From an uncultured Acidobacteriota bacterium (lineage in GTDB: Bacteria; Acidobacteriota; Vicinamibacteria; Vicinamibacterales; UBA2999), in the NCBI GenBank assembly GCA_963841905.1, contig CAWJEM010000024.1:384017-448016 (forward strand): a DNA stretch of 64,000 nt, given 5' to 3'. The stretch's first letter is position 1; every line of letters begins with the position of its first letter. Below the pieces are notes generated by a model that worked only from the letters and a program-made list of their open reading frames with translations, was not told the origin of the DNA and did no database searches. Shown here one piece after another: positions 1-9,822 of this stretch. Position numbers and translations under genes: made by a program.

Positions 1-875
1 TCTCGCGCGCGACGAGCCCATCACGGGTCGTGCGTGCCACGCCAATCGCTCTTTGCCTCCACGAGCACGCCGCCCTGTGGAGACGCATGTCAACCGAGCC
101 TCGGGAAGGCGATGGTGTGCTCAGTGTCGTCGCCCAGCGCGTGCTGGATCAGTTGAGAACACGCGGCGCGCTGTTTTCGCACGAATTGGTCACGTCTATG
201 GAGGTGGCGGACGAAGACGTGCGACAGGCGCTAGCCGAGCTCGTCTCGGCGGGCCTCGCTTCGTCGGATGGATTCGCCGGACTTCGCGGGTTGTTTCTCG
301 ATCGCGACCGCAGCCCGCGCGAGAGCCAGATGGCGGGTCGCTGGACCGCGCTTGCTCGGCCCGACCAGGAAGCTCGGCCCGACGAGGAGGCCGTGAGCCT
401 GCAGGCACAAGCTCTACTCCGGCGGTATGGCGTGGTGTGCCGGCGAATGCTGACGCGCGAGCCGAACGCGCTGCCGTGGCGCCTGCTGACCCGCGAATAT
501 CGTCGCCTGGAGGCACGCGGCGAAATCCGCGGAGGACGCTTCGTCTCGGGCCTTTCGGGCGAACAGTTTGCGCTGCCCGCTGCGGTTGAGCGACTCCGTG
601 AAGTCCGCCGAACCGATCCCGACCACCGGCTGATCGTGATCAGCGCCGCCGACCCGCTGAACCTCGCGGGAATCGTCACGGCCGGCGATCGCGTCCCAAC
701 CATCGCGGCCACACGCATCGTGTATCGCGATGGCGTGCCGCTGGCAGCGTTGGAGGGCGACTACATTCGGCCGCTGGCGACCATCGACCCCTCGCTCGCG
801 TCAGACGTCGCGAGCGCGCTGGCCGGCCGGCGCGTGCCGCCGGTGATCAGCGGATTCGTTGGACGCGCGGGATAG
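1..875 (+). CDS. lhr: Lhr-family ATP-dependent helicase, C-terminal part (5' end outside window)
   Basis: ORF 30..875 stays open to the window edge. The tail ...RYGVVCRRMLTRE...LEARGEIRGGRFVSGLSGEQFALPAAVERL... is the conserved Lhr C-terminal region. Stop TAG 873-875. Confidence 0.75.
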   Translation, partial: SRATSPSRVVRATPIALCLHEHAALWRRMSTEPREGDGVLSVVAQRVLDQLRTRGALFSHELVTSMEVADEDVRQALAELVSAGLASSDGFAGLRGLFLDRDRSPRESQMAGRWTALARPDQEARPDEEAVSLQAQALLRRYGVVCRRMLTREPNALPWRLLTREYRRLEARGEIRGGRFVSGLSGEQFALPAAVERLREVRRTDPDHRLIVISAADPLNLAGIVTAGDRVPTIAATRIVYRDGVPLAALEGDYIRPLATIDPSLASDVASALAGRRVPPVISGFVGRAG

Positions 876-878
876 CTT

Positions 879-913
879 CCGGTAGCCGGTGGCCGGTAGC
901 CGGCAGCCGTGCT
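879..913. repeat. Five tandem 7-nt units (CCGGTAG-type)
   Basis: CCGGTAG CCGGTGG CCGGTAG CCGGCAG CCGTGCT fills the gap between convergent stops (873-875 plus strand, 916-918 minus strand). Confidence 0.8.
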
Positions 914-915
914 CG

Positions 916-1962
916 CTAAGCGTGGCTTCCGCCTTCAGGCGGAAGATCCCTGATCATGGTGAGAAGACGGCCCGTGGTGACGAGGATGATCGGGCCGATC
1001 ACGAGCCCGATGAAGCCGAAGGCAGCGACGCCACCGAGTAAGCCAAAAAAGATCACAAACCCGCTCACCGACGTCCTGCCGCTCAGCAGCAACGGACGGA
1101 GAATGTTGTCGGCCATGCTGATTGCGAGCACGCCGACGAGCAGCATGCCCACCCCGCGTCCGATCTCGCCCGACAGCAGCAGCCACAGGCAGGCCGGCGC
1201 CCACACGAGCGCAGCGCCTACGACCGGGATGAGCGAGCTGAATGCAATCACGACGCCCCAGACCACCGGTGGGTTGATGCCCAGCACCCAGAACGCTATG
1301 CCGCCAATCGTGCCCTGGGCGACAGCGACGAGCAGGCCGGCACCGACACTGGCAATCACGAGATCCCGTGTGTCGCGCATCAATCGCTCACATTCCTCGG
1401 CCGGAAGAGGCAACACACTACACACCTGGCGACTCAACCTGTCGCCATCGCGGAGCATGAAGAAGAGCGCGAAGAACATCGCGACCAGAAGCCCCAGCGT
1501 CGCGAAGATGTCAGCGACGATGGCGCTCGCGCGCGGGACCATGAAGGCAAGCACGCGTTGGACGCCCTCGGCGACGAGCTGGGTGGGATCATCCGGCAAC
1601 GCGATCGGGCTCTGGGCCCGGGCCACTTCCCAGATCCGCTCGATCTGTCGAGGTGCGGTCAGCGAAGTCTGCTGCAGATAGTTGGTGACCTCCGGCGCCT
1701 CTTGCAGGAGCGCTGATACGAGCAGGACAGCCGGCGCGACGATCAAGAGGCCGGCCATCATGGTGACAACGATCGCGGCGCGGCTGGGTCCGATTCTCGA
1801 CGCGAGCCCCTCCTGAAATCCGTGAAAGACAATCGCCAGGATCACGGCCCATCCCAGGGGCTGAAGGAACGGGCCAAGAATGCGCAGCGAGAGGTAGCCC
1901 GCGAGCAGCACGAGCAAGTAGAAGAACGGGCGCTGCAACGCCTCTTTAGTGGTGTCAGTCAT
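916..1962 (-). CDS. AI-2E family transporter (PerM/UPF0118-like)
   Basis: 348-aa polytopic membrane ORF. The N-terminus ...PFFYLLVLLAGYLSLRILGPFLQPLGWAVILAIVF... and Gly-rich C-terminal helices are typical of the family. Confidence 0.8.
   Translation of the reverse strand: MTDTTKEALQRPFFYLLVLLAGYLSLRILGPFLQPLGWAVILAIVFHGFQEGLASRIGPSRAAIVVTMMAGLLIVAPAVLLVSALLQEAPEVTNYLQQTSLTAPRQIERIWEVARAQSPIALPDDPTQLVAEGVQRVLAFMVPRASAIVADIFATLGLLVAMFFALFFMLRDGDRLSRQVCSVLPLPAEECERLMRDTRDLVIASVGAGLLVAVAQGTIGGIAFWVLGINPPVVWGVVIAFSSLIPVVGAALVWAPACLWLLLSGEIGRGVGMLLVGVLAISMADNILRPLLLSGRTSVSGFVIFFGLLGGVAAFGFIGLVIGPIILVTTGRLLTMIRDLPPEGGSHA
922..948. repeat. REP-like palindromic element, copy 1
   Basis: GTGGCTTCCGCC-TTCA-GGCGGAAGATC, with an 8-bp stem CTTCCGCC/GGCGGAAG. 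Near-identical copies lie at 19826-19852 (inverted) and 48491-48516. Here it encodes the last codons of the transporter. Confidence 0.7.
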
Positions 1963-1984
1963 AAGCCGGTCCTGCTCGCGTCCC

Positions 1985-2890
1985 TTAAGGCGTCAGGTCC
2001 GGCCGATAGTCCCCGATGAACGACATGATTGCTGACGCTTCTACCATGTCGCGGGCGCGGAATCGAACCGAGTGCGAGTCGGTACGCTCGAAAATCGGCA
2101 GATAGGCGAGCACTTCGGACGGCAGGTAATTCTTGAAGCTGACGTCGACCGTGACCGGCGTCTGCACTTTGTGCGGCTTGAAGTCTCCGAGGCGGGCAAA
2201 TGCTGCACCAACACGCTGGCGAATCAACGCGTAGGATGCCTGGGGCGTGATCGTGTTCGCCGAATGAAAGCCGAGGCTGCGCTTCGTTTCAGCCGCCTCC
2301 ATCCCACCCACAAGCTTCCCCACCTCCGCAATCGCCGCGTCATCGCCCGACATCATCACAATCGGCACACCGAAGTGGCCGGCAATCGCGGCGTTCCACG
2401 ATCCCTCCGTGACATTCGTGCCGTTCAGAGCGACGCGTGTCAAATTCGCACTCGAAAAGGTGTGAGCGCGCACGCCGGTGACGTTGTTGGTGCCCGCGTG
2501 GTACCCGATGAAAATCGCGGCGGTGACCGAGGCGTCGATGCCCGCGACCATTCCAAGGCGGCGCGGCCACGAGCGAATCACGCGCACGTCAGGTGGAAAC
2601 TGGTCGATCAACAGGTTCTCGCCGTTGCCATGCGCGTCGGCAACGACGATCTCGGTGGCGCCGGCCTCTTTAGCGGCTTCGATGGCGGCGAGGGCCTCGC
2701 GCGTCATGAACTCGCGAAAGCGCCCGTACTCGAAGCCCGCCGGCGAAAGCTGATCGCCCGTCACGGCTCCTGCAACGCCTTCCATGTCGACAGAGATGTG
2801 GACTTTCAGCTGACGAGGTTGCGTGTTTGTTGGCTGGTTGGCGGACAAGGACAATGCGGCAACCACGACGATGGCGATCACGCGAAGCAC
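1985..2890 (-). CDS. Peptidase family M55 (DppA-type D-aminopeptidase)
   Basis: 301 aa with a signal peptide, followed by the ...HISVDMEGVAG... and ...VADAHGNG... motifs of M55. Confidence 0.75.
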   Translation of the reverse strand: MLRVIAIVVVAALSLSANQPTNTQPRQLKVHISVDMEGVAGAVTGDQLSPAGFEYGRFREFMTREALAAIEAAKEAGATEIVVADAHGNGENLLIDQFPPDVRVIRSWPRRLGMVAGIDASVTAAIFIGYHAGTNNVTGVRAHTFSSANLTRVALNGTNVTEGSWNAAIAGHFGVPIVMMSGDDAAIAEVGKLVGGMEAAETKRSLGFHSANTITPQASYALIRQRVGAAFARLGDFKPHKVQTPVTVDVSFKNYLPSEVLAYLPIFERTDSHSVRFRARDMVEASAIMSFIGDYRPDLTP

Positions 2891-2921
2891 GTTGGCTCCC
2901 TCCTGAAAAACTCACTCGTTT

Positions 2922-4985
2922 TCATCGTCCGGTCGTCTGCGACGCCTGCGGCTGCAGGTACTTGTTGAACCAGTTCACATATCGCTGCAGCCGATCGCGC
3001 TCGTAGCTTGGAATCGTCAGGCTGTGGAACTGTCCGGGATAAATGACCAGCTCGGTATCGATGCCAAGGCTCTTGAGCGCCTGATACATCTGCTCGCCGC
3101 CTGTGATCGGGACGTTGAAGTCTTTCTCGCCGCCGAGAAACAACGTCGGCGTCTTGATTCGATCGGCGTGAAGGAACGGATACGACACCTTCAGGTACGC
3201 CTCGGGTGCTTTCCACGGCAGCCCGATTTCGTGTTCCCATTGGATGATGTACTGGTCGAGGCCGTACAGCCCGAGCTGCATGGAGCTGCCAGCGCCGCTC
3301 ACCGCGGCCTTGAAACGCTGATCGGTCGCAATCGTGTAGTTGGTGGAAATCCCGCCGTAGCTCCACCCGCCAATTCCCAACCGATTCGGATCAGCGATGC
3401 CCTGTCGAACGGCTTCGTCAACCGCGCCAAGCAGATCCGTTACCTCGAGGTTGCCCCAGTCGGCGTAAATGGCTTTCTGATACGCATTTCCACGCCCGGC
3501 GCTGCCTCGGTAATTGATCGCCAACACGACGTACCCCTGCGCCGCCAACAGCTCGCGATCGAAGCTGAACGCGTGCTCGTCCTGCGCATTCGGTCCACCG
3601 TGAATGATGAGCAGCGTTGGATATCGCTGTCCTGGTTTGAATCCGGCCGGCTTGACGATCAGGCCGTGCACCTCGGTGCCGTCCTTGCTCTTCGACGTGA
3701 AGTCCTCGGTCGTCGCCAACTGCAACTCGCCGACGACCAGGTCGTTGTGTTTGGTGAGCTTCCGAAGCGCCCCGTTCTCCAGCGCGTGAATCTCTGCCGG
3801 CTCGGCAGGCGTTGTCGTCAGCACAGCAAAGTGTCCGTCCTTGCCAGGGCTGAGCGCGCGAACTGACCGTCGTCCGCTGCTGAGGGCCGTGACGGCTTTG
3901 GCCGAAGCCCCGACGACCGCTACGGAAGCGACCTGTTGCGTGCGGTCGTCCTGAAGGAGGAACGACAGGGTATTGCCGTCGGCAGACCAGTGAAGGTTCG
4001 ACACCGCTCGATCGAAAGCGGGCAAGAGCAGCGCCGGGACAGACACCGGCGACGTGGCCGCAGCCGGCACCGTCGCGATCTTGCTCATTTCGTAAGCGCC
4101 AAACCGATCGATATCGCCGACGAGAATGGCGATGCGCTGGCCGTCGGGACTCCACGCTGGACGGCCGGCCTCGGCTTCTGGCGTGCTCGTCAGCCGGCGC
4201 GGCACAGCCCCTTCGCGAGCCTCAATGACCCAGAGATCTTCGTTCTGCGTGCGATCGGGATCTGCGTGCGCGCGCTTGCTGCGAAAGGCGATCTGCTTGC
4301 CGTCCGGCGACCACGCCGGACTCTCATCGTCTACCTGACCACTGGTCAGAACCGATGCGGCCTTGCTCGATAGATCGAAGACCGCGATGTGATCGTAGGT
4401 TCGCTTGAGATAGCCGTCGCGATCCTGCTTGAAGGCATAGCGGTCGACCACAATCGGCGGCGCGGTCTTCCGTTTCCAGCCGTCCTTCTTTTCGGGCTCG
4501 TCATCCGGATCCTCGTCGCTTTTGACGAGGGCCAGCCGCATCGAATCGGGCGCCCAGACGACGTCCGACACGCCGCCTTTGATGTCGCTGATCTTCTGCG
4601 CTTCGCCGCCACGGCGATCGAGCAACCATATCTGCGAGCCCTTCTTTTTCTCGTCCTCCGTGCCTCGGGATGAAACAAACGCGAGATACTTGCCGTCCGG
4701 ACTCCAACGCGGCGATGACTCGTTGTCGGTCGAGAAGGTCAATCGGCGCTGCTCAGTGCCATCCCACTTCACCATCCAGACGTCAGTGTTGCGCTTATCA
4801 GCTTCAGCATCGATGGTGGTGACGGTGTAGGCCACCCAGGCGCCCTCGGGGGAACGCTGCGGATCGGCCACAGTCAGGAGTCGCGAGTGATCGTCAACCG
4901 TGATCGCTCTGCGAACTTGCGTTATGCCGCCGACCGGCAGAACGACAACGGTGAAAAGCGCGAGGAGTCCCGAGATGGTGCGCAT
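2922..4985 (-). CDS. S9 family serine peptidase (prolyl oligopeptidase/acylaminoacyl peptidase-like)
   Basis: 687 aa with a signal peptide and repeated SPDG/WSPDG propeller blades. The C-terminal alpha/beta-hydrolase domain carries the GGWSYGG nucleophile elbow. Confidence 0.85.
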   Translation of the reverse strand: MRTISGLLALFTVVVLPVGGITQVRRAITVDDHSRLLTVADPQRSPEGAWVAYTVTTIDAEADKRNTDVWMVKWDGTEQRRLTFSTDNESSPRWSPDGKYLAFVSSRGTEDEKKKGSQIWLLDRRGGEAQKISDIKGGVSDVVWAPDSMRLALVKSDEDPDDEPEKKDGWKRKTAPPIVVDRYAFKQDRDGYLKRTYDHIAVFDLSSKAASVLTSGQVDDESPAWSPDGKQIAFRSKRAHADPDRTQNEDLWVIEAREGAVPRRLTSTPEAEAGRPAWSPDGQRIAILVGDIDRFGAYEMSKIATVPAAATSPVSVPALLLPAFDRAVSNLHWSADGNTLSFLLQDDRTQQVASVAVVGASAKAVTALSSGRRSVRALSPGKDGHFAVLTTTPAEPAEIHALENGALRKLTKHNDLVVGELQLATTEDFTSKSKDGTEVHGLIVKPAGFKPGQRYPTLLIIHGGPNAQDEHAFSFDRELLAAQGYVVLAINYRGSAGRGNAYQKAIYADWGNLEVTDLLGAVDEAVRQGIADPNRLGIGGWSYGGISTNYTIATDQRFKAAVSGAGSSMQLGLYGLDQYIIQWEHEIGLPWKAPEAYLKVSYPFLHADRIKTPTLFLGGEKDFNVPITGGEQMYQALKSLGIDTELVIYPGQFHSLTIPSYERDRLQRYVNWFNKYLQPQASQTTGR

Positions 4986-7129
4986 ACGGAACTATACACA
5001 CAGGGCACCCCGCAGGACCCGACGGGGGATCTCGCCAGGCGAGGGTTGCCGCGAGGCGACCGTGAGCAGTCCTGATCAGTGAGGGCCCGGGCTTTGGCCC
5101 GGGCTTTCTTGGTTAACAGCGCCCCGACATAACACGCAGCAATGACGAACAGCAGCGGGCGAAATCCGGAGACCAAGGATAGATACTCGGCCACGCCACC
5201 AGCCATCGCGCCAAGCAGATTGGCCCCGAAATCCAACGGGACCGATTTCGAGCGCCTGAACGCGGAGCCGAAGAGCAGCCCGGCGCACAGAATCGGACTG
5301 AACATCAGGGCCGCATAGAACACCGACTCCGCGGCACGGCTTTCGAACGCCACGCGTCCGACGGGCACGAGGTAGTTGACGGCCAGCAGAGCGAGCAACA
5401 CCGCGCCGACGCGCCACGGACGTGTGACATCCCATCGCGAAATCACGAAGTTGGCGGCGAGCGCCATCACCAGTACCGACGCGATCGCCAACGACGCCAC
5501 CACCCATGTCGATCCCCACAGCAGCGCAAACTGGATGATCGACCTGGTTTCAAGCAGCATGAAACCGGCGCCTAGCAGAAAGAAGTGCCACGACCATTGG
5601 CCGCGATGGCCGCGCAGCGCGGCTCCCACGGCCACGATCGACACGACAACGATCAAGGCGAGGGCCGCAAGGTAATGTGCGGGCACATGCCGGTCACGCA
5701 GATACAGGAACGGCCAATCGTCGGTGGCGGGTTCGATGCTCGCGTCACGTCGATGCGCGTGCGGCGGACTCGGCCGGACCGATCGACCGAACTGCGTGAC
5801 GCGATCGGGAATCGGAACATCGGCGGGAAGGGATGCGACCCGCGGCCCGGCCAACATGACGCCTAGATAGCCATTGGCTTCGTGCACGTGCACCCGCGGC
5901 TCGGCGCCAAACGCGACCGCCGCTGTATTGGCCAGGCGATCCACCAGCCAGCGTTCGCGGAAGTAGTTGTAGATCACGAGCACGCCGTTGGGCCTGAGGC
6001 GATCGCGCACGGCGCGGAACGACTCCTCGGTGAACATATAGCTTTCGAGGCGAACACCGGAGAAGCTGGATTGCAGCGTCAATGAGTCAATCAGCGCAAA
6101 TACCACCATGTCGTACTGCTTGTCCGTCGTCCGCAGAAAGTGTCGCGCGTCGTCGTTGACGAGATGAACTCGCGGATCGCTGTAGGGACGCTCGGGATGT
6201 CGTTCTCGACCGAGCTGGAGGATGACCGGGTCGATATCGACGGCATCCACACGCTTGGCCCCGTGTTTCAGCGCGGCAGCAACGTCAGTGCCGGATCCTG
6301 CGCCCAACACGAGCACATCGTCGAAGGTGTCGCCAAAGGCGACGTAGGGCCACTCGTAGAAGTACTCCTTGTGGGCGAGCGGCGCCATCGACTGGTGAAA
6401 CGTGTTGTTGACGTCGATGATGGTCTCTTCGCCGCTCTGACGGACGCCGATCTTGTAATACGGTGACCAGAGGGCCTCGCGTCCCAAGATGTGAATCAAC
6501 ACCAGCGAGACGGCGAGCAACACGCAGCCCCCAATCGGCCCGATCCAGGATTGGCGTCTGGCGCCGTCCTGCACGAGAAATGGCAACGACGCGGCGAAGG
6601 CGATGGCGAACCAGGCCGTCGGCGGCAGCTCCAGCCATGACATCAGTGCAAAGACGATGATCCCCGCGAGACTGCCGGCTAGGTTGAGGGAGTAGGCCCG
6701 CAACGCCTCGAGCCGCTCCATCTCGCGCGCCATCTGCTGCGCGAGGGCGGCAAACAGCGCGGCCACAACCGCAAACAGCAACGGCAACAGCAGCCAGCTC
6801 TCGACCAGGACGATGTCGTCGCCGGTGCCGCTCGAGAAATAGATGCTGCCGGAGGTGCGGACGTTCACCTCGAGACGGAAGAAATAGACGGCCCCGACAA
6901 CCAGCGCCTGAATCAGCGGAAACCAGGAGAACAGGCGACGGCGTGAGGACGCGAGGAGGCAGCCCACTCCGATTCCGAGAAAACACGCGAGCAGGATGAA
7001 GTTGGAAAAGTATGACAGCAGGCGGATGTACGCGGGCAGCCAGCGGAGAAGAGCGATCTCGAGAAACAGAACCAGGAAGGAGGAAAGAAAGATGGAGAAG
7101 CCCGGGCTCTTCGCCCGGCCATCAAACAT
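4922..7129 (-). CDS. Spermidine/spermine synthase-like methyltransferase fused to polytopic membrane domains
   Basis: 735 aa. Membrane regions flank LVLGAGSGTDV...VDAVDIDP...VNDDARHFL. The 3' tail crosses the 5085-5110 hairpin and overlaps the next gene by 64 nt. Confidence 0.75.
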   Translation of the reverse strand: MFDGRAKSPGFSIFLSSFLVLFLEIALLRWLPAYIRLLSYFSNFILLACFLGIGVGCLLASSRRRLFSWFPLIQALVVGAVYFFRLEVNVRTSGSIYFSSGTGDDIVLVESWLLLPLLFAVVAALFAALAQQMAREMERLEALRAYSLNLAGSLAGIIVFALMSWLELPPTAWFAIAFAASLPFLVQDGARRQSWIGPIGGCVLLAVSLVLIHILGREALWSPYYKIGVRQSGEETIIDVNNTFHQSMAPLAHKEYFYEWPYVAFGDTFDDVLVLGAGSGTDVAAALKHGAKRVDAVDIDPVILQLGRERHPERPYSDPRVHLVNDDARHFLRTTDKQYDMVVFALIDSLTLQSSFSGVRLESYMFTEESFRAVRDRLRPNGVLVIYNYFRERWLVDRLANTAAVAFGAEPRVHVHEANGYLGVMLAGPRVASLPADVPIPDRVTQFGRSVRPSPPHAHRRDASIEPATDDWPFLYLRDRHVPAHYLAALALIVVVSIVAVGAALRGHRGQWSWHFFLLGAGFMLLETRSIIQFALLWGSTWVVASLAIASVLVMALAANFVISRWDVTRPWRVGAVLLALLAVNYLVPVGRVAFESRAAESVFYAALMFSPILCAGLLFGSAFRRSKSVPLDFGANLLGAMAGGVAEYLSLVSGFRPLLFVIAACYVGALLTKKARAKARALTDQDCSRSPRGNPRLARSPVGSCGVPCVYSSVCAPSRDSSRFSPLSFCRSAA
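5085..5110 (+). terminator. Terminator-shaped hairpin with no plus-strand gene upstream
   Basis: GCCCGGGC-TTTG-GCCCGGGC followed by TTTCTT. It lies inside the 3' tail of the minus-strand ORF 4922..7129. Confidence 0.3.
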
Positions 7130-7746
7130 CTGAGGTACCTGACGCCTAACTTGGTGAGGGCCTCCTCTGGGCAGCCAGTCCAGCGTGCGACCGATCGATT
7201 GCCCATGTACTGCAGGTCGTCGATTCCCATTCGCGTCGTCCAGAAGCCCGCTGCGGTCAGATCACGGAAGCTACTGAAGAACGTCATGCCGTGTCGCAGA
7301 GGATGGGGTGTATCACCCGGCTTCACTACGGTGCGCGATGGCCAGGCAATATCGTCAAGCACCGCAGTCTGCTCGTTTGCCGCACAATCCACGAACGTCT
7401 TGTCGAACCGCTTCTGGCACTCGACATCCAGCCAGGCAAGCCCACCGCGCATCCCGACTTGCCGCGTCGGCTGATCGATCATCATGAAGTCCATGAACTC
7501 GGGCACACCGGCATCGGTGGCGCTGCCCGAGCGGTCGTCCGTGGGGATGATCAGATCGACGAGCACGCTCACCGATCGCCACTCGTGGGGCGTAAAGAAT
7601 TTCGGCTGAAAGGGGGTCCCGGCGGCGGCCGCCGCCTGCGCGACCTGCACCAGGTGGTGCGCATGGGCGGCTTCCGCCTCGGTCCAGGCGAATCCAGCGG
7701 CAAGCGGCGCGGACGCAAGCAATCGAAGCACGTCGCGACGTTCCAT
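6913..7746 (-). CDS. Gluconate 2-dehydrogenase subunit 3 family protein (Tat-exported small subunit of the GMC enzyme)
   Basis: ATG 7744-7746 shares a base with the upstream stop (TGATG). Tat leader MERRDVLRLLASAPLAAGFAW, then ...LIIPTDDRSGSATDAGVPEFMDF.... As written it runs 217 nt into the next gene. Removing one G at 7134-7135 gives ...LGVRYSDV* with a stop at 7122-7124 (208 aa). Confidence 0.8.
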   Translation of the reverse strand: MERRDVLRLLASAPLAAGFAWTEAEAAHAHHLVQVAQAAAAAGTPFQPKFFTPHEWRSVSVLVDLIIPTDDRSGSATDAGVPEFMDFMMIDQPTRQVGMRGGLAWLDVECQKRFDKTFVDCAANEQTAVLDDIAWPSRTVVKPGDTPHPLRHGMTFFSSFRDLTAAGFWTTRMGIDDLQYMGNRSVARWTGCPEEALTKLGVRYLRCLMAGRRARASPSFFPPSWFCFSRSLFSAGCPRTSACCHTFPTSSCSRVFSESEWAASSRPHAVACSPGFR

Positions 7747-9468
7747 CAGACACTCCCTACTTTTCGCTGATCGACGATGAACTCGCTGGTGCGCATGGCG
7801 AGCGCCAGAATCGTCCACGTTGGATTCTTGTCCGCCTGCGAGACGAACGGCCCGCCATCGGCAACGAACAGGTTTCTCACATCGTGCGCCTGGCAGTTTC
7901 GATTGAGTACCGAGCTTCGCGGATGGCTCCCCATGCGTGTCACGCCCAGCTCGTGGATGATTCGCCCACCGGGCTCGATGCCATAGCCATCTTCCGCGCT
8001 CGGCATGGGTGACAGCGGCGTCCCGCCCATCTCGTGGATGATGGCGCGGAACGTCTCCTGCATGTGCTTGACCTGTTTCAACTCGTAGTCCGACCACTTG
8101 AAGTGGAATCGCAGGACCGGAATGCCCCACTTGTCCACGACGGTCGGGTCGACCTCGCAATAGCTGTTCTCGTTCGGCACCATTTCCCCGCGACCGGAAA
8201 AGCCAACGGTCGCGCCATAGAAACGACGATAGTCGTCCTTGAGCTGCTTGCCGTAGCCGCCACCTGCAATGGGCCGTCCCGAGCTGTCCGTCCCGTTGTA
8301 TTGGTGAATGCCGCCAAGCGTGCCAAAGCCGGGCAATCGACGACCGCCGCCGATCTCGATGTGATAACCGCGCGGGAAGTCGAGCGTTCGATTGTCGAGC
8401 CACCAGGGCATGTAGAGATGGGCTCCGCTGGCCCCGTCCTCGTTGTGCGGAACGCTGTTCATCATCCGCGGGATGAAGCCGCGCACGCTCGTTCCGGTGG
8501 AATCGGTGATGTAACGGCCGACGCCGCCGCTGGAGTTGGCGAGCCCGTCCGGAAACTTCGACGACTTCGAGTTCAGGAGTAGTCGCGCCGTTTCGCAGGC
8601 GCTGGCGGCGAGCACGACAATCCGCGCGCGCACGTGATTCTCGCGACCCGTGGCCTTGTCGATGAAGGTCACACCGTTTGCGAGGCCGCTCTCATCCACC
8701 GTGACCTCTCGGGCCATCGCGTTCACGGTCAAGGTCAGACGTTTGGTTGCCAGCGCCGGTGGCAACAGCACCGACGGCGACGAAAAGTTCGCGTGCACGG
8801 AGCATCCGCGTCCGCACTGCCCGCAGTAGTGACAGGCCGGTCGGCCGTTGAGCGGCTGCGTCAGGATCGAGAGTCGCGACGCAACGCATGGGATCTTCAG
8901 CTTCTGTGAGGCTTCTTTGATCAGCAGCTCGTAGCAGCGCGGTCGTGGCGGCGGTTGAAAGAGGCCGTCGGGCTCGTTCGGCAGGCCCTCCTTCGACCCG
9001 AAGATGCCGACGAGCGTGTCGACGCGGTCGTAGTACCGGCTTCAAATCGTCGTACGTGATGGGCCAGTCGTCGCCGAGGCCATCAAGGCTACGGCGCCGA
9101 AAGTCGTCCGGGCCGAAGCGCAGGGAGATGCGGCCCCAGTGATTGGTGCGTCCGCCGAGCATGCGCGTGCGGAACCAATCGAAGCGGTCGCCCGCCGCCG
9201 TGGTGTAGGGCTCGCCGTCGAGCGTCCACCCGCCCAGGCCGGCGTCGAACTCGCCGAACTGCCGCTCAGGAATCGGCGCGCCACGTCTGGGCGAGTCGTA
9301 GGGCCACGCGAACATTCGCGAGTCGCGGCGCGTGTCCCACATGATGCCTGCCTCGAGCATCACGACGTCGGCGCCAGCCTCGGTGAGCACCTTGGCGGCC
9401 ATGCCACCGCCAGCGCCGGAACCGACGATGCAGACGTCGTAGATGTGGGAATTACGAATGATCTGCAT
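7746..9468 (-). pseudogene. GMC family oxidoreductase with the frame broken once (frameshift or base-call error)
   Basis: Pieces are 8692..9468 (YDVCIVGSGAGGGMAAKVL FAD fold) and 7746..8798. They join as ...DWPITYDDLKP|YYDRVDTLVGIFGSKEGLPNEPDG... if one G at about 9036 (AAG CCG G TAC TAC) is removed. Confidence 0.85.
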
Positions 9469-9538
9469 GCCTGCCCGCGAGCGATTCTACTTTAGCTCGC
9501 CCAGGTCGTTCGATCGACCCGAGGACAGGAAGTCGACT

Positions 9539-9766
9539 TCAAAGCACCGAAGTTTCTCGACGCGGATTGAATTCCAGGCGCATCGCGGGATGGCTGGTCG
9601 GATGCATGTAGCACCGAAAGACCGCGAAGAACCTGTGTTCTATAAGGCTTTGCTTTGCGTCAGTCTCCGTGTCGGTGCGCCAGTGTTCGAGGTTCAGATT
9701 GCCATCGGGACACTCGGGACACTTGCGGTTTCGGAGTCGCGGAACGGGCCAGGTGTTCTGCGCCAT
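9539..9766 (-). CDS. Hypothetical small Cys/His protein (weak call)
   Basis: 75-aa ORF in a 354-bp divergent intergenic region containing ...RKCPECPDG...FRCYMHPTSHP.... Third-position GC is lower than in neighbouring genes and I recognise no family. Confidence 0.25.
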   Translation of the reverse strand: MAQNTWPVPRLRNRKCPECPDGNLNLEHWRTDTETDAKQSLIEHRFFAVFRCYMHPTSHPAMRLEFNPRRETSVL

Positions 9767-9822
9767 GAGGCCGAGTGTAACTCACCTAACGTCCTTGCGG
9801 TTGGAGGCTGAGCTTCGCTAGC

